From Camelus dromedarius (taxonomy: Eukaryota): 64,000 nucleotides of DNA. Location: positions 86,058,001-86,122,000 of the forward strand of contig NC_087437.1 in assembly GCF_036321535.1 (NCBI RefSeq). The letters are read 5' to 3'. The notes under the pieces are model-generated. The model was not told the origin of the DNA. It saw nothing but the letters and a program-made list of their open reading frames with translations, and searched no databases. The translations under genes and the position numbers were made by a program. Of this stretch, positions 26,344 to 38,300 are shown one piece after another; positions within the stretch are counted from its first letter, which is position 1, and each line of letters opens with the position of its first letter.

Positions 26344-26900
26344 TGTATCAGGTTTATAGAAAAAGGTTAAGAGTCTTTATGTGACCAACAATAGAAAATC
26401 TAATTCAAACCCAGCTTCAAAAGTGAGGAGAATTATTGATCACAAAGAAGGAGTTTTCTCAGATAAAACAGGCCCCAGGATTGGCGTCTCTCTGACCATA
26501 CTGAGGACCTTGTTCCTCCTTTCTCTCTCTCCAATCAACCATCTACACAGTGGATCCAGTTTCTTTGTTTCTCCTCCCTGCCTTCCTAAGGTTCATTCTT
26601 CTCATGATCTAAGGTATACATCTCCTCTTTTAAATCTATTGGGAGAAGGACTCTAACAGCTCTCCCCCAGAGGGTCCTGGAACTTAATCAGGAGGGACAA
26701 CTGAAGTCATATGCATCCCTGAACCAATGACTGTGACTACAAGAATGAAAGATGTTGATGGGTTCAAGCCATCTGGGGCCATTTCTGCATTGAAGGTAGA
26801 GTGAGTAGATGAGCATGAATAGAGCCAAAAGAAAATCTGGCTAGTATTTGGAAGAGGCAAGGGAGGAAAGGAGTTCCAGAAATGTTACTAATACCGTTCA
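26344..26900 (-). mobile_element. Ancient MaLR LTR (MLT1K/L-like)
   Basis: caacaatagaaaatctaattcaaacccagctt and gtcatatgcatccctgaaccaatgactgtg are antisense MLT1K-type motifs. Confidence 0.6.
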
Positions 26901-27230
26901 TTACCACAGTTAAATTGTTCAGTGTTACCTTAAAAAAAAAAACACTTTTAAGGCAAAAATTACAATGCAGTATATTTTGCTATTTGAAAGATAATTACAG
27001 GATTAGTATTTTGAAATAAATATCTGTTCATAGAGTGCTGCAATGGTGTGGTTTGGATAACAAACACAAGTTTGAAAAATAGGATAATCATTTTTCAATT
27101 TTTTATTTTATGTATACAATTGCTTCTTATTTCCTCATTTTGAGATTATAGCAAAAGTTGTAACTTTGAGATCCTTTCTGAATATAAGGTACTGGCCAAA
27201 TGGCGGGAGGGTATAAGGCAGCCCCCATCG

Positions 27231-27250
27231 CCACCACCACCACCACCACT
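27231..27250. repeat. (CCA)n trinucleotide repeat
   Basis: Directly visible. Confidence 0.9.
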
Positions 27251-27294
27251 ACTATTACCGTGGACAGGGTTTCCGCTCCTTTTGGTCCTTTTAG

Positions 27295-27428
27295 ACTTGT
27301 TAGTAAACTTTCAAAGATAGTCACAAAATCAGAAATAGGTTCATGTTCAGATGATGAAAGGAAATATAAATATCCCTGCCTAAAGTGTATTCCCTGCTAC
27401 AGAGAATTACTTAACAATTTCCATGAAG
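27295..27428 (+). other. Candidate 134-nt internal exon of an unidentified transcript
   Basis: Acceptor ccgctccttttggtccttttAG and donor AAG|GTGAGT. One frame is open (LVSKLSKIVTKSEIGSCSDDERKYKYPCLKCIPCYRELLNNFHE) but I do not recognise the peptide. Confidence 0.3.
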
Positions 27429-29596
27429 GTGAGTGAGCACTGCGGTAAAGAGCTTTAGAGATTGGGAAAAGGCAGAAGTTAAGCTGAGCTCCCTGGAGGA
27501 TTGCAGAAGCAGTTTACTTTAAATATGCTAAAATGTTACGGCATTATCTTTCTCATATGATGAGATCAAAGAGGAGTCAACAAACAGAACTAAGGAAATA
27601 GATGCTGTTTCAGAGTTCAAAAGTTCAGTAGTGTGTGCCTTCCGGCTTCCTGCTGACGACTTCTGCTAGGGCCTGTCAGAATGCTCAAGATTTTCAGGAG
27701 AGTTTGGAGAGCAGCCAGTAAGGATTTCTTTGATATTTCTAAACATAAAGGCACCCTCTAGCTTCCACATGGACTAAGAGGTCTAAGAGTTCAGTTTGTG
27801 AGTTATTTATTTAGCACTCAGTTTGCATTTTCCCTAGAGACAATCAGATAGCCACAGCAGCTGAAGCAAAGTTCTGTCCTGGGAATTTTCTGAAACTCAA
27901 ATGCCATGCTGCAATGTTTCTGTTAGAAAATGCATTCAGAATCTCAGCTCGAAATGGCAGGGACATATTTCCCAACAGAGTGAAAATACTTTTTTTAAAG
28001 TCCCTGTGCCAGAGGACCCTGAGCTCGAAAAAAGGATAAAATATTGGAATGATAGGAAATCTAAAGGTGAAAACCTCTAGAGCCCAGGGAGTAGGAATAT
28101 TCCTCTCTCAGACTCCACCCTCCGCCTCCGTAGCCCTGGGTCGTCCTCACACTGGGGTCTAAAAAGTTTATTTTCCTAGCTGACCTTATAGAATGTAATG
28201 GCTAACCATCCTCCTAGCTTTTCTTCTGTCATGAAATAAACTCATCACCTTTTTGAGATTTTATAAAGATTTATAATTTAGGCAAAAGTACAGAGCCGCT
28301 ATTAAAAAGAGTATTTCTTCTTTTGCCTTTTTTTAACCTTTCTTTACTTTGACTCGTATAGTTATGTAAAACTGCCATGAATTTGAAAATATCAGCTTTT
28401 TATAATGTTTAAGATAATAACTGGCCATAAGAAGCATCTTACTAGTCTTATAGACATGAGACGATTAATAAATCCACCAAAGTTACCAGAAGAAGCTGAA
28501 GTTTAGAAGAAGAAGTTTAAATCACAGGAGAATATAGATTAAGAATACATTGCCAATTTCTATTGCCGGACTTTAAATGGTTAAAATTCATTTCATGTTG
28601 CATAATTCAGAGCTGAAATGAAAGTTTAAAGTTGGATATTTGATGTAACTGCAAATAGATATGATCAAGCAAGTCCAAACTGGTTATGCTAGGGCATGAG
28701 AGACTTTTTGCCAATGCACAGGAAAGAAATAGCCAAATAAACAAAGAAATGACCCTCAAGTAAAGGAAAAAAAACTGAAGAAAAGACACTCATATTGCAT
28801 AGAAAGAGAAAAAAAAGTGACTAAGAAAAACAATTGTTTTACAGAAAGAGTGAAGAAGTGACAGAAAGAAAAGGGCATGATTCCTTTCTGTCCTTTTCTC
28901 AAAACAGATGCGTATTTGGCAAGCAAGATAGAGTTTCCAGAACTGTCAAGGCAATGAGAACAAAGTAGATGATTTAACTTGGCTCCCATCCCTAGGATTA
29001 GGGAGAACTATGCCTGAAACTGATGTAGGGACATTAAGAATTATACCCACATCACTCGCCAGCCACAATGGGCAGTGTTTTGTCCACTTTCAAAATCTGG
29101 AGTTTGCTGTCTTAGGGGAACTAGTGGTTGTACACCAACCACTGAACTACTGTTACCAGCTATTCCACACTAGTAAGCATTAATGTTATTTTCTTGGAAA
29201 AGTGCTAATAGGCCTGCATCGTATTGAAGAAATTCTCAGGAACACAAGTAAAAGGATACATGCGAGGACTGATAGTCCATGATTCTGATCTGGAAAAATT
29301 ATGTAAAAGAGAACACTAATGCACATGACACTCATCTAATAATGTAAATAACATTTTTCCTCTCCCATAATCTAAAAGCACCCCCCACAGTAAGTGCACA
29401 TTAAATGCATTAAGTCAGAAAAATTCTTGGGGAATTTTTGCACCATAAAACAACCAACTACTTTCTGGAATTTTCTGTAACACAGAGAACTTTTCATCAA
29501 GAACAAATTATCAAACCTGGCTTTCCACAGTCAACAAGAAACTAGAGTGAGCTGGGATAGGATTTATGTAGTATCTATTTTATTATTAGATGGAAA

Positions 29597-29612
29597 CCAC
29601 CAGATGGCACTG
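29597..29612 (+). promoter_or_regulatory. CTCF-binding motif
   Basis: CCACCAGATGGCACTG fits the CTCF core CCASYAGRKGGCRS. Confidence 0.6.
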
Positions 29613-29756
29613 TGTTAGGCTTTATCCCTGTGATTTTCATTATGCAGTAATGTGCTTGTGGCTGGTCCTTGGAGAAATGCAAGGCAGCACTTTGGTGTAG
29701 TATCTTATAGGAAATAATTAAACATGCCAGTAAAGCTTGTTCTATTGCTAAATTGG

Positions 29757-29941
29757 TGACTATGATCATTTCTTTGCTCTCTGCTACCCGCAGTGTAGAA
29801 ATTCAACAACCACAACACTCTGTGTTACTAACTGCTTAACCAGACAAGGAAAGAACCACTTCAGGGAGATGGAGGGGAGTGTCTTGTGGTTGTTGGACTT
29901 CTGCATTGTGGTCAGCTGATAGCGAGAAATGATCTCAGTCA
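29757..29941. repeat. Long imperfect inverted repeat (about 64-bp arms, 56-nt spacer)
   Basis: Arm 29757-29820 (tgactatgatcatttct...caacaaccacaacactc) is the near reverse complement of 29877-29941 (gagtgtcttgtggttgttg...agaaatgatctcagtca). Confidence 0.9.
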
Positions 29942-30399
29942 AATACTACAGTGATCTGGGCGTCTCGTAGTTTATCTAAATAATGTTTAGTGTTTTACAT
30001 TGTGTACTTCATAGACATTATTTCATTGATCCCAAAAATATCTCCACAAAATAAGCAAGTAGAGATGTTGCCACTGTCTGTTATAGAGAACTCTTTTACC
30101 AAGCAACAATTTTATAAGAACTCAAGTATTGACGAAACATAAATTAGAAATATAACTCTGATATTTAATGATCTAGACTATACTTGGTGAATATTTGGAA
30201 TGTAGAGTCTCTAAGTAAAATTTAAAATCTACATAGTGTCATGATGCGTCGAGAATCACAAAGTATTTCAACGTAGTACCTAAAGGCCTGACTAAATAAC
30301 TATTAACTTTGTGACCTCGGGAAGGTCATATAACCTCTGGGGCTCAATGGCTTCATCATTAAATTATCAGGGCTGAACTAGATCTCCGTCATATTTGCA

Positions 30400-30640
30400 G
30401 TAGAGTGAAGTGTCTGCAGGTATAGACTTTGAGAGTCAGAAAGTCTCTAGTTTGAATTTCTGCTCTGTCACTCAGATAATGAACTTAAAAAGTTATTTAA
30501 CTTTTTAAGCCTCGGCTTCCATACCTCTAAAATGAGCATAATGATAATACCTATCTCAATTTTCTTATTTGAGAAAATTATGTGCAATAAATGTAAAACG
30601 TTCAGCACAATGCCTAGCCTATACTAAGCTATCATTATTC
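30400..30640 (+). mobile_element. MIR SINE
   Basis: agactttgagagtcaga ... aagttatttaactttttaagcctcggcttccatacctctaaaatgag ... tgtaaaacgttcagcacaatgcct. Confidence 0.8.
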
Positions 30641-31482
30641 TCAAGTGTGCTCACAGTCTCATGCTACTAAAGAGCTTCTGTGTTAGACTCAACTTACTGA
30701 GTCACTGTGACAGGTCCTGTAGCTGATTCAGGATCTGCCCACTCATCCTGTAGCGCTCCTTAATTTTTAACATATTTAGTAAGTGATAGCTTGCTTTGTC
30801 AGCCCTCCCTCTCTCTCCTGTTCTAAAAGGGGAGTGAGAGGGTCTGGCCAGAAAGTTAAGGCAGATATCCAGAAATGTAGGAAGAGTGTCTTAATCAAAG
30901 TCACAGCTGGTATGAGTGTCAGAGCTTTATCTACTGTTCCAAAAGTTTTAGGCTTGCAGTAATGTCCTTGGTCCAGGCTGCATTATGCCAACCCAAGTAA
31001 TACTTCAAAAGTTGATTTAGGTTTGGCTGCTCAAAACATAGATCACTACTCCAATCTTCATGACACTTCCAGCCCAGGGCCAAGATTCTACCATCCTTAA
31101 AAGTTATAGCCATAAACAAAGCAGTGGTACATTGCTAAAGTAAAATGGGGAGGGAATTATTATCCACAAGGAAGTATATTTTAGTTATTTCATCAAATTT
31201 AGATCAACTCAGGTTAATTTTGTGGCATTTCCTGATGAGATCTGTGTTTATGAATTAGGGAAAATGTTCAGAAGTGGCTCACTATGGTCCAAGTCATCTC
31301 TGAAGAAGAGTGTAATATACAACTTCTCTAATATTCCCACTAAAATGCCTCTGAGGATTAAGAAGCAATTAAATAATAAACATAAAGACTTAAAGCCAAT
31401 AGTCAAACCAGAAGCTAACTAAAATTTTCACTTAGTATCATAGTAGGGAGTAGAAATAAAAATTACAATTAGCAAAACCCAC

Positions 31483-32034
31483 TGTAGCAGATATGTTCCA
31501 AAGATAATCACACTGATAGATCCCATCCTATGTATTCTTACAATGTTACATTGATGGTCCTTCTTCAAAAGGTGGGGTCTGTTCCCCCTTCCTTTGAATA
31601 TACACCTCCTAAGTATCTGCTTTTAACAGACAGAAAATAGAGGAAGAGACACTGCATGACTTCTGTGCCTAAGTCAGAAAAAAACAATACTCTTCCACCT
31701 GGCTCTCTGTATCTCACCCTCTGAATTCAGCCACATCTGTGAGGAAGCCCAGACCACACAGAGAGGCCACTAGGTGGTGCTCTGGCCAACAGCACCAGCT
31801 AAGGTCTAAATCAACAGCCGGGATAATCAACAACTAGATGTATAAATGAGTGAACCTCATGATCCTTCCAGCCCTCAGACTTTGCAATGCCCCAGCTGAT
31901 GCTCCATGAAGCTGAGATGGGCCACCCTAGAGAACCTTGCCCAAATGTATTATTTGTAAGCAAAATAAATGTTATTGTTTTAGGCCACTCAGTTTTGGGG
32001 TGGTTTATTACACACCAAGAAGATGACCAGAAGC
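31483..32034 (+). mobile_element. MaLR LTR (MLT1G/H-like)
   Basis: Colinear with 7570-8146. Contains gtgaggaagcccagaccacacagagaggcc and ends taggccactcagttttggggtggtttattacac. Confidence 0.85.
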
Positions 32035-32380
32035 CTCTGACACACACACTTTGCCATCTAAAAGAGAGGGATCCCACTGTCCTTATATTGGAATCAGAGA
32101 TTCTGTGTCCTTCTCTCACTGCTGGTCCAATTGTTCAGAGAACCAGGTTCAGCTGGAAAATAAGATGGCTCTCCCTCCATAGGCACAGTTATTACCTTTA
32201 GTTTAGCAGAATATTAAATGAAAACAATGTCAGAGCATTCCCTGATATTTACTGAGCGATTATGGTTAACTAGACATAGTGTTAATGATTTTGACTGAAA
32301 TTTCTCATTTAACACCCTCAACAATACCAGGAAGCATATGAGAGAAGTTCAGAAAGTTAAAAAAAAAAAAACTTACCCAA

Positions 32381-33650
32381 CGGGAGGGAGAAGATGGAGT
32401 AGAAGGACGCTCGCAGGTCATCCTCTCCCACAAATACACCAAGACCCACATCTACAGACCCACTCAGCCAACCAGAGCACCTGCGGAACTCCGACAGAAC
32501 ATCGCCCTCTTCAAAAGATAAAGACGCCAAAAATCTGGTAGGAGAAAAGGAAAAAAGAAAGAACAAAAGGCAAAGCAGCGCGGGACGGGTCCCGCAGGGA
32601 GGGAGCGGCAAAGGAGGACTGGCGTTCGCTCGCTGGGTCTCCCCCCTCCAACTGAGAGGCCAGCGGGACGGAGGGAGAGCCTCCGAGGCTCGGATCTGTA
32701 CACAGCAGCCCTTGACTAACAGAACTAAGTTAAACGGGCACAGAGCGTCCCCCCGACACCCAGCCTGAGACGCGGGCCGGCAGCGGCGGGCAGGGCCAGG
32801 CTGCACAAGCCCGGCAGAGGACGGGGGCGGCTGCACAGAGGCAGCCCCGAGGGACTGCTGGGGGCTGCACGCCGTGGCTGTGGGTGCACAGGGCAAAACA
32901 ACCTGGGCCCTCCATAAAACAGCAAGGTTGATGTGCTCTCGGGGGAAGGGTGCACACCCCCATCTCTGAAAACCCGCGGAAAGGTTTCCGGGGGAAGAGA
33001 GGCGGGGCTCAGGCACAGCCGCCATATCCTCTGCGCTTAGCACCCAGGCGGGGGCGGGGCGAAACCTGCATCCGCACGGACGGGCTTAGCAGCCTCAAAG
33101 GCCAGACAGACTGGCCTGCAGCCCGTGGCAGATAGGATCCTTACACCCTGGTCCCTCAGAGAACTTGCTCCACAAAGACAAACAAGGAGCTGGGTTTTGG
33201 CTCGGAGCAGGGACAGGGCTGTCCCTCCGTCTTCCCGGAGCCCACCTGCGGAGCGCCGACCAGGACGGAGCGCGCAGCCGCACAGAGCGGAACTACCGGC
33301 GGCGCAGGTAGAGGGAGAGCGGCCCCCCCCCCCCCGCCTTTCGGGCAGGAACACAGCCCCTGACCGAGGTGCTGGGAGGGGGCACGACCTGCCCTCCTAC
33401 CTGGCCAGTCTGCAACATCTGACTGCGGCATCCGGAGGGGCAGCGACCCGCCCGCCCACAGCAGAGAGCTGCACCTGACCCAGTGTTAGGAAGAGGCGCG
33501 ATCTGCTTGCCGACAGGTGCTGGGAGCAGCACAGAAGAGGGCGCCAACGGAGGGCCTCTGAAAACAGCAAGCTGAGCTTCCAAAACAGGACGAAGACAGA
33601 AAGACTTCACATTAAAAGCACACAGACTCCAGGAGAACACCGACAAACCA
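32381..33650 (+). promoter_or_regulatory. L1 5'UTR CpG island / internal promoter
   Basis: Only CpG-dense segment in the window. YY1-like AAGATGG at 32391-32397 and GC boxes (gggcggggc at about 33052). Confidence 0.85.
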
Positions 33651-34052
33651 CCCCCCCCCTTTTATTTTTAAATCTGTTTTTACCTGTTCTATTTTCTATT
33701 ACTCTCTTAATTTTTACTTCTTAATTCATTTCTATTTCTCTTGGGTTTTGATGTCCTGCTATTGATTAGACACAGGTTTCAAATACATCTATTCATCTCC
33801 TCCCCCCTTTTTTTGTAAAGGTTTTAAAAGGACGTCTCAACCCGATTAATACTCTGCTTCAACTCACTCTTCTATTATTCATTTTACACTGTTTTCAAAC
33901 CCTCTTTCTCCCTTCTTTTAAAATTCTTTCTCTCTCTCTCATTTTTTTTTCTTTTTTTCTAAGTTCTATTCCTAAATAGGCATTAGATAGATAAAATCCT
34001 TAAGGACCAAAATAAACAACTGATACTCCATAAACCACAGTGCCAAAGAGGT

Positions 34053-34955
34053 ATGAGCAAGATGAAGCAGAAAAACCTTTCCCAATTAAAACAACAAGAG
34101 AAATCCCCTGAAAGAAAGATCAACGAAATAGACATCGATAGCCTACTAAATCAAGATTTCAAAAAAGGAGTGATCGAATTGCTGAAGGAATTAAAAGAGA
34201 TAGTGTTTAGAGATATAAAATATGTCAAAAATGAAATTGAAGCTATAAAGAAGAGCCAAGTAGAATGGGTAAACTCATTGACAGAGATGAGGAATGATCT
34301 AATAGCTGTGCAAAGCCGACTAGATAATGCAGAGGAACGAATTAGTGATCTAGAAGACAGGGCAATAGAAAGCACCCATTCAGAAGAACTACAAGAGAAG
34401 CAAATAAAAAATAATGAAAATAGCATAAGGGACCTATGGGATAATATAAAGCATCCCAATCTTCGCATAATAGGGGTCCCAGAAGGAGAAGAAAGATCAA
34501 AGGGGATTGAAAAGGTTTTTGAAGAAATCATGACTGAAAACTTCCCAAACTTAAAGAAGGAATCAGATATCCAAGTACAGGAAGCTCAGAGGGCCCCAAA
34601 CAGGAAGAACCCAAATAGACCCACACCAAGACATATCATAATCAAGATGGCCAGAGTCAAGGATAAAGAAATGATTCTAAAGGCAGCAAGAGAAAAGCAA
34701 AGAGTAAGCTACAAGGGAACCCCCCATAAGGCTCTTAGCTGATTTCTCTACACAAACACTACAGGCCAGAAGGGAGTGGCAAGATATATTCAAAGCCCTG
34801 AATGAAAAAAAGATGCAGCCTAGGATCCTTTATCCAGCAAGGCTATCCTTGAGGATAGAAGGAGAAATAAAGAGTTTCACAGACAAAAAAAAAAGCTGCA
34901 GGAGTTTAGCAACACTAAACCCATGCTAAAAGAAATATTGAAAGGGCTATTCTAA
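34053..34955 (+). pseudogene. L1 ORF1p (coiled coil, RRM, CTD), frameshifted
   Basis: Motifs AEERISDLED, NLRIIGVPEGEE, ENFPNL and RPTPRHIIIK. An extra C in the C-run at about 34720-34725 shifts the frame; the alternate frame continues ADFSTQTLQARREW...ILYPARLS. A second shift lies in the A10 run at 34885-34894. Stop TAA at 34953-34955. Confidence 0.95.
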
Positions 34956-35359
34956 ATAGAAAAGCAGCAGGATGCTACAGAAATGAGAAACACACAACTG
35001 GAAAGGTGATAACTCATGAATTACAAATAAAGTAAACATGAAATTATTAAAGAAGACATACAAATCACTGAGAGTGGGAGAGGGAGGCAGGGAAATATAG
35101 AGTATTTTTTTCTTTCTTTTTTAAATTTTTTTTAACAGTAGGATGGGTTTGAGATCATGTTACTATCAGTTTAATAAAAACAGTTCTAGTAATGGGTTGA
35201 TAGATTTACAAAAAAGGGTAACCACAAGCCAAAAATTTACAAAGGAGTCACAAAAATTAAATAAAATCCATGATAATACAAAGGAAAATTACCAAACCAC
35301 AAAAGGAAGAAGAAAGGACAAAGAGGATATACCAATTCAACTGCAAAGTTAAGTTCAAA

Positions 35360-38300
35360 ATGGCAATAAACACACATCTATCATTAATTACTGTAAATGT
35401 TAATGGACTAAATGCTCCAGTCAAAAGACACAGAGTGGCAGACTGGATAATAAAGCAAGAACCTTCAATATGCTGCATACAAGAGACCCACTTTAGGGAG
35501 AAGGACACATATAGATTGAGAGTGAAAGGATGGAAAAGGATATTCCATGCAAATGGAGAAGCCAAAAAAGCAGGTGTTGCAGTACTGATTTCAGACAAAA
35601 TAGACTTTAAAACAAAGGCCATAAAGAAAGATAAAGAAGGACATTTTATAATGATTAAAGGAGTGATACAAGATGAGGATATTACACTCGTTAATATATA
35701 TGCACCCAATATAGGAGCACCTAAGTAAATACAAGAATTACTAACAGAGATAAAGGGGGATATTGATGGGAATACAATCATAGTTGGAGATTTTAACACT
35801 GCATTAACATCACTAGACAGATCTTCCAGACAGAAAATAAACAAGGCAACAGAGAAATTAAATACTACAATAGAAAAACTAGATTTGGTGGATATTTTCA
35901 GAGCATTACACCCCCAAAAAATAGGATATACATTCTTTTCAAGTGCACATGGAACATTTTCCAGGATTGATCATGTATTCGGACACAAAAGAAACCTCAA
36001 CAATTTTAAGAAGATAGAAATTATCTCAAGCATCTTTACTGACCACAATGCCATGAAACTGGAAATCAACAACAGAGAAACAAAGGAGAAAAAAAGGAAA
36101 GCATGGAGATTAAACAGTATGTTATTGAAAAAACAATGGATCAATGAGGAAATCAAAGCTGAAATTAAAAAATACCTTGAGACAAATGATAATGAAAGCA
36201 CAACCACTCAAAACCTATGGGACACAGCAAAGGCAGTGCTAAGAGGGAAGTTTATAGCGATACAGGCCTTCCTCAAAAAAGAACAATCTCAAATAAACAA
36301 TTTAACCCACCACCTGAATGAATTAGAAAAAGAAGAACAAAAAGCCCCAAAAAGCAGCAGAAGGAAGGAAATAATAAAGATCAGAGAGGAATTAAATACA
36401 ATAGAGATTAACAAGACCATAGAAAAAATCAACCAAACCAAAAGCTGGTTTTTTGAAAAAGTAAATAAAATCGACAAACCTCTGGCCAAACTCACAAAGA
36501 AGAAAAAAGAGAGAGCACAAATTAGCAAAATAAGAAAGGAAAATGGAGAAATTACAACAAACAAAATAGAAACACAGAATATCATACGAGAATATTATGA
36601 AAAACTATATGGAACCAAACTGGATAACCTAGAGGAGATGGACAAGTTTCTGGAAACATACTGTCCACCAAAACTGAATCAAGAAGAATCTGAACACTTG
36701 AACAATCCGATCACTAGAAAGGAAATAGAAATAGCAATTAAAAACCTCCCTACAAATAAAAGTCCAGGACTGGACAGCTTCACCAGGGAATTCTACCAAA
36801 CATACAAAAAAGAACTCATACCAGTTCTTCTCAAACTCTTCCAGACGATTGAAAAGGAGGGAATACTCCCAAACTCATTCTATGAAGCCACCATCACCCT
36901 GATACCAAAACCAGGCAAAGACACTACAAAAAAAGAGAATTATAGGCCAATATCACTGATGAACATAGACGCCAAAATCCTCACCAAAATTTTAGCAAAT
37001 AGAATCCAACAACACATAAAAAAGATTATACATCATGACCAAGTGGGGTTCATCCCAGGGACACAAGGCTGGTTCAACACACGCAAATCAATCAGTGTAA
37101 TACATCACATCAACAAGAGAAAGGACAAAAACCACATGATCATCTCAATCGATGCAGAAAAAGCATTTGATAAAATTCAACACCCATTTATGATAAAAAC
37201 TCTCGCCAAAGTGAGTATAGAGGGAACATATCTCAACATAATAAAAGCTATATATGACAAACCTACAGCCAGCATAGTACTCAACGGGGAAAAACTCAAA
37301 AGCTTCCCACTAAAATCTGGGACAAGACAAGGATGCCCACTATCACCACTCCTATTCAACATAGTCCTGGAAGTCCTAGCCACAGCAGTCAGGCAAGAGA
37401 AAGAAATAAAAGGGATCCAAATTGGAAAAGAAGAGGTAAAAGTATCATTATATGCCGACGACATGTTACTATATATAGAAAACCCTAAAAGGTCCACACA
37501 AAAGCTACTAGAGCTGATTGAAGAATTCAGCAAGGTAGCAGGTTACAAAATTAACGTTCAAAAATCAGTTGCATTTCTTTACACTAACGATAAATCAACA
37601 GAAGAAGAAAGTAAAGAAACAATCCCCTTTAAAATAGCACCCAAAGTAATAAAATATCTGGGAATAAATCTAACCAAGGAGGTGAAAGAATTATACACAG
37701 AAAACTATAAACCATTGATGAAGGAAATTAAAGAAGACTAAAAAAAATGGAAAGATATTCCATGCTCTTGGATTGGAAGAATCAATATTGTTAAAATGGT
37801 CACACTGCCCAAGGCAATCTACAGATTTAATGCAATCCCTATCCAATTACCCAGGACATATTTCACAGAACTAGAAAAAATCATAATAAAATTCATATGG
37901 AACCATCAAAGACCTAGAATTGCCAAAGCTTAACTGGAGAGAAAGAAAGAGGCTGGAGGAATAACTCTCCCAGACTCCAGACAATACTATAGAGCTACAG
38001 TCATCAAGACAGCATGGTATTGGTACCAAAACAGACATATAGACCAATGGAACAGAATAGAGAGCCCAGAAATGAACCCACAAACTTTTGGTCAACTCAT
38101 CTTCGACAAAGGAGGCAAGAATATACATTGGAATAAAGACAGTCTCTTCAGCAAATGGTGTTGGGAAAACTGGACAGCAGCATGTAAAACAATGAAGCTA
38201 GAACACTCCCTTACACCATATACAAAAATCAACTCAAAATGGATTAAAGACTTAAACATAAGACAAGATACAATAAACCTCCTAGAGGAAAACATAGGCA

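Noticed and set aside
32357..33646. Several overlapping ORFs (up to 228 aa) in the L1 5'UTR, including antisense ones reminiscent of primate ORF0
   Set aside because: GC-rich sequence is depleted of stop codons, the peptides have no recognisable domain, and the longest ORF runs out into the target-site A-tract.
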